Shown: piece by piece, positions 14,331-26,924 of the stretch | Numbering within the stretch: position 1 is the first letter of the stretch | How the letters are laid out: every line of letters starts with the position of its first letter | Assembly (NCBI GenBank): GCA_951406725.2 | Contig: OX597816.1 | Span: 9,858,001-9,922,000, forward strand | Source: Octopus vulgaris | Lineage: Eukaryota | Direction of reading: 5' to 3' | DNA: 64,000 nucleotides | Program-made: the position numbers and the translations under genes | The notes under the pieces: generated by a model | Seen by the model: only the letters and a program-made list of their open reading frames with translations | Databases searched by the model: none | What the model was told of the DNA's origin: nothing

Positions 14331-14646
14331 GTGTGAAAGAAAAAAAAAAGAGGCTTTTTTCCTGACCGGTAAGCCAGAAAGATGGACAGGCACAAATAAA
14401 AATACAACACACACACACCTGACATACAAGTACACACACGTGTGTGTGTGTTTGTAAGCCTTGGTGAATAGTAGTACTTTGTCTGTGATTAATATTGCTC
14501 GTGTGTTTGGACCATTTACTTTGGTGTTAATATCAAAACACCTTCGCAGCACACAGCATCACATGGAATGAAATTACACCTCATAATACTGTCTTTTCTT
14601 TTTACAATCGTATTATAGATTATCACTTTATTTTTCTCTCACTCCG

Positions 14647-14677
<31 letters not shown>

Positions 14678-15510
14678 ATACGTCTCTGTCTCCTATCGCT
14701 ATTTATCTATTGGCCTCCCTCTTCTCTTTTATCGCTTCCCTACTCCTTACTCTCTATATAGCTTCTAGCTTTCCTCTTTTCCTTCTCTCTTTTACATCAA
14801 CCCGCTTACTATATCACCCTTTCTCTTTCTCTTCATTTACTGCTTATTTCTTTTCTATATCTGTTTCACAGTTGTCTTACACCTTTCACATACAAGTGAA
14901 CAGGTACACACACATGCTCGCACACAATCACACACACGTTTCGCGCACATGCACACACACACATTTCAGATTTATGTGTGCACTATAAGAGCAACAATAG
15001 TGTTGTTGCAAGTGAGAAGTTATCAATAACCATAAAACACCAGACATATGCTTTTTTGTAGTTACACTTCACCTCCACATTGAAGCATATCCAGTTAAGG
15101 GGGTACCTGACAAACACAACATTTTAAACTCAATCAGTTCACTTTTCATCCTACCACTTGGGACATTTAATGTGGATAATAATTGTTCACTAACAATGGA
15201 CTACCTATACTGTGGTTGCTGATAGACACACACACACACTGCTATGAAAAAAAAAACAGAAGCACCCATTACATTGTGTAAATGGTCAGCATTATATATA
15301 TATATCATCATTGTAATTTAATCTCCATGTTCTGTATTGGTATGAGTTGAACATTTTAACAGGATCTGATGGGTCCAAGGACCGCATTTTGCTTCAATGC
15401 TTGCTTTATCTACAGCTGGATGCTCTCCCTAATGCCAACCAATTTACAGGGTGTAGTGAGTGTTCATTTCCATTGCAATATAAGTGTGTGTGTGTGTGTT
15501 TATATATATG

Positions 15511-15740
15511 TGGCGAGCTGGCAGAATCATTAGCACGGCGGGTGAAATGCATAGCCGTATTTCGTCTGCCGTTATGTTCTGGGTTCAAATTCCGCCGAGG
15601 TTGACTTTGCCTTTCATCCATTCGGGGTCGATAAATTAAGTACCAGTTACGCACTGGGGTCGATGTAATCGACTTAATCCCTTTGTCTGTCCTTGTTTGT
15701 TCCCTCTGTGTTTAGTCCACTTGTGGGTAGTAAAGAAATA
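15511..15740 (+). mobile_element. SINE family A, full length
   Basis: GGCGAGCTGGCAGAA...GGGTTCAAATTCCGCCGAGG...GTAGTAAAGAAATA. Near-identical to 22372 and 60107. Confidence 0.9.
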
Positions 15741-15954
15741 TATATATGTGGATGTATATAATTCTCATCGTCTTAGTGTCCACATTTTCAAGCTGACCTG
15801 GGTCAGCTGAATCTTACTGTGATAGATTTTCTACAACTAAATGCCCTTCCTATCTCTAATTCTCACTTGTTTCCAAACTAGGAAATATTTCCCCCTGGTC
15901 CTTTGCCCAACGAACATCTCAATAGTCAGGCAGATTTTTAAGGCAGATTGGTTG

Positions 15955-16410
15955 GTGGAGTGGTTGGCGTTAGGAAGGGCATCCAGCTGTAGAAACTCTA
16001 CAAGATCAAGATTGGCGCCTGGTGCAGCCATCTGGCTTGCCAGACCTCAGTAAAATCGTCCAACCCATGCTAGCATGGAAAGCAGACGTTAAACGATGAT
16101 GATGATGATGATATTGACTGGCTTCAGTGCCGGTGGCACATAAAAGGCGGCATCTGATTGTGGTTGATGCCAGCCCCCTCTGGCTTCTATGCTGGTGGCA
16201 CATAAAAAAGCACCCACTACACTCTTGGAGTGGTTGGCGTTAGGAAGGGCATCCAGCTGTAGAAACACTGCCAGATCAGACTGGAGCCTGGTGCAGCCAT
16301 CTGGCTCGCCAGTCCTCAGTAAAATCGTCCAACACATGCTAGCATGGAAAGCGGATGTTAAATGATAATGATGATGATGTAAGCGGATGTTAAAGGATAA
16401 TGATGATGAT
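15955..16410 (+). mobile_element. Two tandem RTE 3'-tail copies
   Basis: The terminal sequence and (GAT)n occur twice, ending near 16112 and 16380, with a short duplication of the end. Confidence 0.85.
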
Positions 16411-17184
16411 GTAAGCAACGACCAAAATTATATGGATTATAGCTTTGTTTTTTATACACAGTGCTAACATGAAGACAGGTGGAAAACATGCACACACACA
16501 TACTGGGGTGGGCGAGAGTAATTGCACTGGAGGCCAGAAAGGAAGGTAAAGATGTTGGTGATGTATCGGAGCATACCCTCAAGATACAAGAACAATGAAT
16601 AGAAGAGAGACAGAAGATCAGGAAGACTGCAAGACTGTGAGAGGCACTGAGAGATGTTTAGGAATAGGGGCAGAAGTGATGATGATGATGATGATAGTGA
16701 TGATGATGATGATTTGTGTTTGTGTGTAATCAGAGTAGCACATAGAAAATATGGGATACTTACATGAACCCATTATCAACCAGACTCTAATGAGCCTCGA
16801 TCAGAATGTTAATTAGAAATGGAAAACATCTATCGGATGCTCAATTAACATACATTTAAATGAGCAAACCCACTGAAGGAGGCTTTACACAGCCACTCGA
16901 ACAGCTAAAGATAGTAGTCAAATTACCCTAAATTTCCATCAATCATGGTAAAGAAAAATGGTCTCACTATTTAATGTAGTCCTCCAAACACTTGAGAAAT
17001 TTATTAGTATGGTCATAGCAAGGACCCTTTTGATGACAGCTATTCTGGATCATGGTTGTGCTGGGGCTGAACAACAACATAAGACATTTATTTAAACAAT
17101 ATATTTCACTCTCATTTGTGCATGCAAATATGTATATATATATATATATATACATACATTCATACATACATATATATATATATA

Positions 17185-20100
17185 TCATCATCATCATCAT
17201 CATCATTTAGCGTCCGTTTTCCATGCTAGCATGGGTTGGACGGTTCAACTGGGGTCTGGGGAGCCCGAAGGCTGCACCAGGCCAGTCAGATCTGGCAGTG
17301 TTTCTACAGCTGGATGCCCTTCCTAACGCCAACCACTCCGAGAGTGTAGTGGGTGATTTTATGTGCCACCGACACAGGTGCCAGTCGAGGCTAGCGAACG
17401 GCCACGCTCGGATGGTGTTTTTATGTGCCACCGACACAGGTGCCAGTCGAGGCTGGCGAACGGCCACGCTCGGATGGTGTTTTTATGTGCCACCGACACA
17501 GGTGCCAGATAAGGCTGGCACCGACACAGGTGCCAGTCGAGGCTGGCGAACGGCCACGCTCGGATGGTGTTTTTATGTGCCACCGACACAGGTGCCAGAT
17601 GAGGCTGGCGGACGGCCACGATCGGATGGTGTTTGTTACGTCCCCAAAGCACGGAGGCCAGTCTATGCGGTACTGGCTACGGCCACGTTCGGATGATTTT
17701 CTTGTGTGCCACCGGCGCTGGTACCACAAAGATACAAATTCCATTGATGTTCATCTATTTTGATTTGATTTTCACTTGCCTCAACAGGTCTTCACAATTG
17801 TCACAAGAAGGAAGGTATGCACAGGTGGACTGACAACGTCCCAGGCAGGGGCCACGGGTTATGGCCTGACTAGTCTTGCCGGGTCTTCGGATGGTGTTTT
17901 TATGTGCCACCGACACAGGTGCCAGATGAGGCTGGCAAACGTCCACGATCGGACGGTGTTTGTTGCGTGCCCACAGCACGGAGGCCAGTTGATGCGGCAC
18001 TGGCCACGGCCACGTTCGGATGGTTTTCCTGTGTGCCACCGGCCCTGGTACCACAAAGACACAAATTCCATTGATGTTCATCTATTTTGACTTGATTTGA
18101 TTTGATTTTCACTTGCCTCAACAGGTCTTCACAAGTGTCACAAGAAGGAAGGAAGGAATGCACAGGTGGACTGACTACGTCCCAAGTAGGGGCCACGGGT
18201 TATGGCCTGACTAGTCTTGCCGGGTCTTCGGTTGGTGTTTTTATGTGCCACCGACACAGGTGCCAGATGAGGCTGGCGGACGGCCACGATCGGATGGTGT
18301 TTGTTATGTGCCCACATCACAGAGGCCAGTCGATGCGGTACTGGCTACGGCCACGTTCGGATGGTTTTCTTGTGTGCCACCGGTACTGGTACCACAAAGA
18401 TACAAATTCCATTGATGTTCATCTATTTTGATTTGGTATGATTTGATTTGATTTGATTTGATTTGATTTGATTTTGATTTTCACTTGCCTCAACAGGTCT
18501 ATACAAGTGTCACACGCTTGCCTCAACAGGTCTTCACAAGTGTCATAAGTAGGGAGGTATGCACCGCCGGGACTTCGGATGGTGTTTTTATGTGCCACCG
18601 ACACAGGTGCCAGATGAGGCTGGCGAACGGCCACGATCGGATGGTTTTCTTGTGTGCCACCGGTACTGGAACCACAAAGATACAAATTCCATTGATGTTC
18701 ATCTATTTTGATTTGGTTTGATTTGATTTGATTTTTGATTTTCACTTGCCTCAACAGGTCTTCACAAGTGTCACACCCTTGCCTCTGCCTCAACAGGACT
18801 TCACAAAGTGTCACACACTTGCCTCTGCCTCAACAGGTCTTCACAAGTGTCACACACTTGCCTCAACAGGTCTTCACAAGTGTCATAAGAGGGAAGGTAT
18901 GCACAGGTGAACTGACTACGTCGCCGGGTCTTCGGATGGTGTTTTTTGCCTCAACAGGTCTCCACAAGTGTCACACCCTTGCCTCTGCCTCAACAGGTCT
19001 TCACAAAGTGTCACACACTTGCCTCTGCCTCAACAGGTCTTCATAAGTGTCACACACTTGCCTCAACAGGTCTTCACAAGTGTCATAAGAGGGAAGGTAT
19101 GCACAGGTGAACTGACTACGTCGCCGGGTCTTCGGATGGTGTTTTTATGTGCCACCGACACAGGTGCCAGATGAGGCTGGCGAACGGCCACGATCAGATG
19201 GTGTTTGTTGTGCCCACAGCACGGGGGCCAGTCGATGCGGTACTGGCTACGGCCACGTTCGGATGGTTTTCTTGTGTGCCACCGGTACTGGAACCACAAA
19301 GATACAAATTCCATTGATGTTCATCTATTTTGATTTGGTTTGATTTTCACTTGCCTCAACAGGTCTTCACAAGGGTCACACACTTGCCTCAACAGGTCTT
19401 CACAAGTGTCATAAGAGGGAAGGTATGCACAGGTGGACTGACTACGTCGCCGGGTCTTCGGATGGTGTCTTTATGTGCCACCGACACAGGTGCCAGGTGA
19501 GGCTGGCGAACGGCCACGATCGGATGGTGTTTGTTGTGCCCACAGCACGGAGGCCAGTCGATGCGGTACTGGCTACGGCCACGTTTGGGTGGTTTTCTTG
19601 TGTGCCACCGGCACTGGTACCACAAGAATACAATTCCACTGATGTTCATCTATTTTGATTTGTTTTGATTTGATTTTCACTTGCCTCAACAGGTCTTCAT
19701 AAGTGTCTCAAGAAGGAAGCTATGCACAGGAGGACTGACTACGTCCCAGGTAGGGGCCATGTGTTATGGCCTGACTAGTCTTGCCGGGTCTTCTCACGCA
19801 CAGCATACTTCCATAGGTCTCGGTCTCCAGACATTTCCTTAGTGAGACCTAAAGTTCGAAGGTCGTGCTTCACCACCTCGTCCCAGGTTTTCCTGGGTCT
19901 ACCTCTTCCACAGGTTCCCTCAACCGCTAGGGTGTAGCACTTTTGCACACAACTATCTTCAGCCTTTCTCGTCACATGACCATACCAGCGCAGCCGTCTC
20001 TCTTGCACACCACAACTGACGCTTCTTAGGTTCAACTTTTCTCTCAAGGAACTTACACTCTGACGATTATGAACACTGACATTACACATCCATCGGAGCA

Positions 20101-21076
20101 TACTGGCTTCATTTCTTGCGAGCTTACGCATATCCTCAGCAGTCACAGCCCATGTTTCACTACCATGTAGCATGGCTGTACGTACACATGCATCATACAG
20201 TCTGCCTTTTACTCTGAGCGAGAGGCCTTTTGTCACCAGCAGGGGTAAGAGCTCTCTAAACTTTGCCCAGGCTATTCTTACTCTAGCAGTTACACTTTCA
20301 GCACACCCACCCCCGCTACTGACTTGGTCTCCTAGGTAGCGGGAGCTATCAACTACTTCTAGTTTGTCTCCCTGGAACGTGGCAGAAGTTGGTCTCTGCA
20401 CATTTCCAGTGTTTATTGCTCCTGAGCATTTGCCACAGACAAAAACTATTTTCCTAGTTAGCCTTCCTTTGACATTGCTGCACCTCTTATATGTCCATAG
20501 CTTACACTTGGTGCATCTTATAGAGTTTCTACCTACACCTTTTTTACAGATCGAGCAGGGCCATCTACCTGAAGGCGTTTGTGATTGATCTACCTTCCTA
20601 CTTATTAGGACTTTGGTTTTGGCTAGGTTGATTCTAAGGCCCTTCGATTCTAATCCTTGTTTCCACACCTGAAACTTCTCCTCTAGTTCTGATAGTGACT
20701 CAGCAATTAGAGCAAGGTCATCAGCATAGAGGAGCTCCCAGGGGCAACCTGTCTTGAATTCCTCCGTTATTGCCTGGAGGACTATGATAAATAGGAGGGG
20801 ACTGAGGACTGAACCTTGGTGGACCCCAACCTCTACCCGGAATTCTTCACTGTACTCGTTGCCAACCCTCACCTTACTAGCAGCGTCTCTGTACATGGCT
20901 TGCACAGCTCTCACCAACCATTCTTCTATCCCTAGTTTCCTCATTGACCACCAGATAAGGGATCGGGGGACCCTGTCAAAGGCTTTCTCCAAGTCAACAA
21001 AAGCCAGGTACAAGGGCTTATCTTTGGCTAGGTATTTCTCCTGCAGCTGTCTTACCAGGAATATAGCATCAGTAGT
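17185..21076 (-). mobile_element. 5'-truncated RTE-clade LINE with expanded 3' UTR
   Basis: RT ORF at 19775-21076, a tandemly amplified 3' UTR and a (GAT)n tail at 17185-17205. (TA)n on both sides. Confidence 0.95.
19775..21076 (-). CDS. RTE reverse transcriptase, C-terminal part (open frame, 5'-truncated)
   Basis: TTDAIF, FVDLEKAFDRV, GVHQGSVLSPLLF, LLYADDL, RYLG, LHGSETW, RRLRWYGHV and GRGRPRKTW motifs typical of RTE ORFs. No native start codon or endonuclease domain. Confidence 0.93.
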   Translation of the reverse strand, partial: TTDAIFLVRQLQEKYLAKDKPLYLAFVDLEKAFDRVPRSLIWWSMRKLGIEEWLVRAVQAMYRDAASKVRVGNEYSEEFRVEVGVHQGSVLSPLLFIIVLQAITEEFKTGCPWELLYADDLALIAESLSELEEKFQVWKQGLESKGLRINLAKTKVLISRKVDQSQTPSGRWPCSICKKGVGRNSIRCTKCKLWTYKRCSNVKGRLTRKIVFVCGKCSGAINTGNVQRPTSATFQGDKLEVVDSSRYLGDQVSSGGGCAESVTARVRIAWAKFRELLPLLVTKGLSLRVKGRLYDACVRTAMLHGSETWAVTAEDMRKLARNEASMLRWMCNVSVHNRQSVSSLREKLNLRSVSCGVQERRLRWYGHVTRKAEDSCVQKCYTLAVEGTCGRGRPRKTWDEVVKHDLRTLGLTKEMSGDRDLWKYAVREKTRQD

Positions 21077-21092
21077 ATATATATATATATAT

Positions 21093-21148
<56 letters not shown>

Positions 21149-21149
<1 letters not shown>

Positions 21150-21347
21150 TTTATTTAAAGCAGCAGAAAATTCAACAAAACCTGTTACTCTGAGTTTCCC
21201 GTTGCCGTTCATCGGATAACGGCAATGGGAAACTCAGAGCAACAGGTTTTGTTGAATTTTCTGCTGCTTTAAATAAAGCATATTACTCTACCACTGGTAT
21301 TTGAGTACTCTTTTTTCCACCTTGTTTCACATTTATGTGTTTACTCC

Positions 21348-21350
<3 letters not shown>
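21149..21350. mobile_element. Fold-back element in (TA)n, putative Penelope-like terminus
   Basis: 61-bp inverted arms 21149-21209 and 21218-21278 (2 mismatches), an 8-nt loop, a ~70-bp one-sided tail, and (TA)n on both sides. Confidence 0.65.
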
Positions 21351-21381
<31 letters not shown>

Positions 21382-21394
21382 TACACTTTTTTTA

Positions 21395-21768
21395 TTCATT
21401 TTATTTGTTTCAATCATTTAACTGCAGCCATGCTGGAGCACTGCCTTTAGTCGAACAAATCGAACCCAGGACTTATTCTTTGTAAGCCTAGTATTTATTC
21501 TATTGGTCTCTTTTGCTGAGCCGCTAAGTTATGAGGATGTAGACACACCAACATCGGTTGTCAAGCAATGGTGGGGGCACAAACATAGATACACACACAC
21601 ACATACGACAGGATTCTTTCAGTTTCCGTCTACCAAGTGCACTCACAAGGCTTTGGTTGGTCTGAAGCTATAGTAGAAGACACTTACCCGAGGTGCCATG
21701 CAGTGGGACTGAACCCAGAACCATGTGGTTGGGAAGCAAGCTACTTACCACGCAACCAATCCTGCACC

Positions 21769-21807
<39 letters not shown>

Positions 21808-22130
21808 TCATTTCAGTCATTATACTGTGGACATGCTGGGGCACCATGCACCCCAGTACTCATTTTTAAGCCTGGTATTTATTGTATAGGTATCTATTGC
21901 TAAACTGCTAACTTATGGGGACATAAACAGACCAACACTGATTGTCAAGTGGTGGTGGTGGTGGACAAATGCACACACACACACGACAGGCTTCTTTCAG
22001 TTTCCATCTACCAAATTCACTCACAAGGCTTTGGTCAGCCCAGGACTATAGTAGGCACTTGCCCAAAGTGCCACACAATGGCATCAAACCTAGAACCATG
22101 TGGTTGAGAATAGCCACTCCTGCACCTTAT
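21395..22130 (-). mobile_element. Two tandem SINE family B copies
   Basis: CATGCTGGAGCAC-like...CACTCACAAGGCTTTGG...AACCATGTGG pattern occurs twice, separated by (TA)n. Confidence 0.8.
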
Positions 22131-22279
22131 AGAATTCGAACATGGCATCTGCTGTAGACCATGTGGCTATGCTAACTACTTATTCCAAAATGCCATCATA
22201 ACCCTTGACTGCTTAGATTATCCCCTAAATTAAGATTAAGTAGCAACAATAATATATACATTTATATGTGGTGTTGTCT

Positions 22280-22353
22280 GTCTCTGTGGTGCAATCGGTT
22301 AGCGCGTTCGGCAGTTAACCAAAAGGTTGGTGATTCGAGCCCACCCAGGGACG
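22280..22353 (+). pseudogene. trnN-GTT: tRNA-Asn(GTT) gene copy, probably inactive
   Basis: GTCTCTGTGGtGCAATCGGTTAGCGCGTTCGGCaGTTAACCaAAAGGTTGGTGaTTCGAGCCCACCCAGGGACG has 4 changes from the canonical metazoan tRNA-Asn: U33>A, G53>A in the B-box, an anticodon-stem mismatch and a D-stem C>T. No CCA. T5 follows at 22364-22368. Confidence 0.85.
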
Positions 22354-22371
22354 ATTCATCTCATTTTTGAA

Positions 22372-22601
22372 GGCGGCGAGCTGGCAGACACGTTAGTGTG
22401 CTGGGCGAAATGCTTAGCGGTATTTCGTCTGCCTTTACGTTCTGAGTTCAAATCCTGCCGAGGTCGCCTTTACCTTTCATCCTTTCAGGGTCGATAAATA
22501 AAGTACCAGTTTCGCACTGGGGTCGATGTAATCGACTTAATCCCTTTGTCTGTCCTTGTTTGTCCCCTCTATGTTTAGTCCCTTGTGGGCAATAAAGAAA
22601 T
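22372..22601 (+). mobile_element. SINE family A, full length
   Basis: Matches 15511 and 60107 over the whole length. Confidence 0.9.
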
Positions 22602-22728
22602 ATATATGTGGCGTATGTGAAGGTGCATGGTTTAGTGGTTAGGGTGCTAGACTTAGGATCAAAAGGTCATAGGTTCAATTTCTAGGCTGGCAGTGAATGA
22701 CACCCACAGCCTATTCTGATCCCTAATT

Positions 22729-22835
22729 CTAACTGATTGTGCCACAGAGACAGACAACACCACATATAAATGTATATATTATTGTTGCTACTTAATCTTA
22801 ATTTAGGGGATAATCTAAGCAGTCAAGGGTTATGA
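22729..22835 (-). repeat. 107-bp inverted copy of 22196-22302 (tRNA 5' flank plus the first 23 nt of the tRNA)
   Basis: Exact reverse complement in the flank. Differs only at CpG-type sites in the tRNA part. Confidence 0.92.
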
Positions 22836-23169
22836 GATCAATAAGATCCCTAAATCACATCCCTAATTCTATGGGGTGGGACATAGAATAGCCATAAATA
22901 CCCTGTGATCTGCATATGAGGAGATCCAAATTTCATTCCCAGTTCTACCCATTTCTTTTTTTTTTTTTTTGTTTTGTTTTTAATGTTATTACTCTTGGTA
23001 AGGGTATGAACATCACAGTTCTGATACCCAGCTCCTCGCTCAGAAATCAATAAGTTTAATCACCCATTAATAGATACTGCTGATTACAAAACATCAATCT
23101 GGAAATATAGACGTTCAATATTTGACTATGTATTCAGCTGTGAATGTGAAAGAGATTGTCTGCACCTGT

Positions 23170-23195
23170 GAGAGAGAGAGATAGAGATAGAGAGA

Positions 23196-23259
<64 letters not shown>

Positions 23260-23352
23260 TAGAGAATGAGAGATAGAGATAGAGAGAGAAAGAGAGAGAG
23301 ATAGAGATAGAGAGATAGAGATAGAGAGATAGAGAGAGAGAAAGAGAGAGAG
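23170..23352. repeat. (GA)n/(GAGATA)n microsatellite
   Basis: Direct reading. Confidence 0.95.
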
Positions 23353-23787
23353 GGGGACTATGTGGTTACTAGTTACTCTCTATCTCTCTCTTTCTCGTAC
23401 ACACACTTTCGGTATATAAAACTGCTGGAGGCATGTTAGGTTTTTAATGTTTCATATGTGTTCCATCAGCAGCATCAACCTCGCATCCTTCTCTCTCTCT
23501 CTCTTTCTCTCTGCTTCTCTTTGTCATTCTCTCTGACGATATCTTCCTTTTTGTCTTCTTCTTCACCGAATAAATGTGTGCAAAAATGCTTATTCACCAC
23601 TTTAAAAAAAAAACCTACCACATCACTACCTTTATTACCTTCACTACATTTATCATCATTGTCATCACAGAATCAATAAGAGAGCTACCAAATGATTCCT
23701 TGCTTCACTAGAAATAGAAACTAAAGCTACCTCATCATACATCCTAACAAAAATATGAAAGGAAGAACATACTGGATATAATGTAGT

Positions 23788-23863
<76 letters not shown>

Positions 23864-23867
23864 TATT

Positions 23868-24150
23868 ACTGTGATTACCGTGACCGACCAGACCATCAGA
23901 TGTTGTTACACATTGCTGGTCACAATGCGCCTTGCATTGTTTTAGCCTTTGAATGATGCCACCCCACTGGCTAAGTGAGCAGGCCAACAGAAGAAAGAGT
24001 GGTGAAAGAGTATGGCAGGGATCACCACCCCCTGCCGGAGCATCGTGGAGCTTTTAGGTGTTTTCGCTCAATAAACACTCACAACGCCCGGTCTGGGAAT
24101 CGAAACCGCAATCCTATGACCGCAAGTCCGCTGCCCTAACCACTAGGCCA
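23868..24150 (-). mobile_element. tRNA-derived SINE (family D)
   Basis: Reverse complement head TGGCCTAGTGGTTAGGGCAGCGGACT...GGTTTCGATTCCCAGACCGG carries A and B boxes. Confidence 0.75.
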
Positions 24151-24451
24151 TATTTATATTCATATTCGTGTAACATCGTCTGTTTTCCCGTCCTTATTTT
24201 CGTATAGATTCGATGCTTTTTTCCAAGGAACCTAATGCTCTTAGCTTAGTTTTTCCTTGGGGCTGGCAGATTGGAGCAATCTCAAGATTAAACGGCCGAA
24301 ATTGCGAGGATGATCTGGTTCTTGACTGAGGATAAAAGGCTTCGAATAATCCATCCTTGTTTTTTTGCATTGTCTATCTGGATGTTTTGTTGTCCCTTTT
24401 TGTATCACCTAGTTGTCCGGATGTTTTGCATTCTTGTCCCATTTTGTATTT

Positions 24452-24523
<72 letters not shown>

Positions 24524-24817
24524 TTAGAGAACGATAGTTATGACTAGTTCATAGTGTTACTCTGGGCTTTGTGTCCAAAATGTGCTTAGCTTTACATGCA
24601 TCTCATCAGACCCTAATGACTGGTGGCTTATAACCTCTCCCCTTTTTATTTCCAGTAGCATTCTAGTCTACAGCTCGTTAGATGGTGTAGGAATGTTCTT
24701 AGTAGAATATCCGAGGTCATTAACCAGCCATAACTTCTCTTTCTCTAAATACTCTACTGCTCTCTAACTTAGAGTGTGTGTGTTTCTCTTTCAGATTTAT
24801 GATTTACTGAAGATATA

Positions 24818-24848
<31 letters not shown>

Positions 24849-25706
24849 TATCATCATCATCATCGTTTAACGTCCGTTTTCCATGCTAGCATGGGTTGGA
24901 CGGTTCGACAAGGGTCTGTGAAGCCGGGAGGCTGCACCAGGCTCCAATCTTGATCTGGCAGAGTTTCTACAGTTGGATGCCCTTCCTAACACCAACCACT
25001 CCGTGAGTGTAGTGGATGCTTTTTACGTACCACCGGCACAGGCGCCAGGGGGTCTGGCAAACAGCCACGATCAGTTGGTGCTTTTACGTGTCACCAACAC
25101 AGATGCCAGTCAGGCGGCACCGGCATCAGCCATGTTCGGACAGTGCTTTTTGCATGTTACTGGCATGGGTATCTTAATATCTTAACATCTGTCTTCTTTG
25201 CTGGCATGTGTTGGAGCTAGCAAGACAGAAGACTGTGCCAAGTTCTGCTTTCTGCTGTGGCATGGTTTCTCCAGCTGGATCTCTCCCTAATGCCAGCCAT
25301 CACTTTACAGTGTACTGGGTGCATTTTACTTGAATATTGAACACCAGGAATATTGCCATGTAACTTGCAAAGCATGACTTTCAACTGAGCAGGGAAAAGA
25401 ATTGAGGGAGGTGGCTTTGTGCCTGGTGATGAGAGATTACAATATGATAGAGGGACAGAAACATGTCTTGTTGTAGAGAGGGTAGATGACTACCCTAGTT
25501 GGAAAATGAGAGAGAAACAAAGAGAGAGATCACCATCATCATCATCATCATCATTATTTAACGTCCGCTTTCCATACTAGCATGGGTTGGACGATTTGAC
25601 TGAGGGCTGGCGAACCAGATGGCTGCACCAGGCTCCAATCTGATCTGGCAGAGTTTCTACAGCTGGATGCCCTTCCTAACGCCAACTACTCCGAGAGTGT
25701 AGTGGT
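24849..25706 (-). mobile_element. Cluster of three RTE 3'-tail copies of different ages
   Basis: (CAT)n starts at about 24849 and 25530, with a degenerate copy between. GCTGGATGCCCTTCCTAA-type motif. Confidence 0.8.
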
Positions 25707-26329
25707 ACATAGAATTACATCAAATGAGTGGACAGGTAAGTTTGTAAAAGTGGATGATTGAGTGCAGGTAGGAAGGAGACAGGTAGGAAGATATTACATC
25801 ATCCCATAAATAATGCGGTCTTTTCAACTGCATGTTCAATTGTAGTTAAACCTTTTGAAATATACCCTCTAAAAGACTCCCAGTGCATTTTCAACTTCTT
25901 ATATATACACACATTTGAGTGTATATATGTGTGTGTGTGTGTGTATGAGAGGTGCAGGTTAACGCTGCAAAATAGTTGTGAACAAACATCATTGTCACAC
26001 AAGCAATATTGTTTGTACCCTATCTTCTGTGGAAACATGAGGAAGTATTGTCTGACTTGGAAACTGGTGAGAATTGGTGCCAGGAAGAGTTGTAGAAATT
26101 TTGCTTCAACATCTTTGGTCAAACCCATGCAAGCTTGGAAAATGGAACATTTAAGAAATCTAGATGATGTTGACTATTTTTGTGTTGTATCACACGTTTC
26201 ATGTATCCCCTGTATTTGGTGGAAAACGAGAACAAAGAATTCAAAATTATGTTTGTCATGCTCCTGAGATATTGTAATGTTTACAATGACTCAAACATAT
26301 TGATATGCACCCACTATACTGTTTATATA

Positions 26330-26363
<34 letters not shown>

Positions 26364-26883
26364 GATAGATAGATAGATAGATACATACATATGTACGCAT
26401 ACACCAATGAAAATATGTTTGGCATTGTGTTGGAACATTCATAGGATTGGAAGAAATGATAATGTTAATAATGCATTATCATTTCCGAGACAGTGACTGT
26501 TCCCATACAACGAAAGCTTATGTAGATGGTGAAGGGGGAAAAAACCCCAGAAATTTCTAGATGTTTTACATAATTCAAATGTAATCCTGAACATGGACAG
26601 GTTTTATGGAGATCCAAAGTTTCCTATCATGGAAATCATTTTTGCTTGAAACCAATGGAATTACTGGATCTGTTTAGCTGAATAATCAGATGATTTATTC
26701 CTGTCATTGTTAAGGTGCAGTCATGGCTGTGTGGTTGAGGATTTTACTTTACAACCATGTGGTTTCATTTTCAATCCTTTTGCATGGCATTGTGGGCAAG
26801 TATCTTCTGCCATGGCTTTCAGCAGGCCAATGCTTTGTGAAAGAAATTTGGTAAATAGAAACTGTCCTGAAGCCCATTAGCAG

Positions 26884-26924
<41 letters not shown>

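Noticed and set aside
17360-17700. CRISPR-like or HDV-ribozyme-like appearance of the ~61-bp repeats
   Set aside because: No unique spacers or cas genes, and the context is eukaryotic. I could not build HDV P1/P2 pairings on either strand.
17207-19658. Many overlapping 60-160 aa ORFs (CHRHRC / PPTQVP repeats)
   Set aside because: Stop-poor translations of the GC-rich RTE 3' UTR modules on both strands.
22619-22700. tRNA-like sequences at SINE heads (also 45399-45450)
   Set aside because: A/B-box-like only, with no complete cloverleaf. These are SINE remnants.
23410-23425. TATATAAAA box between GA/CT tracts
   Set aside because: Too common in this AT-rich sequence, with no supporting exon.
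24560-24620. CTGATGA on the minus strand
   Set aside because: No correctly placed GAAA or stem III.
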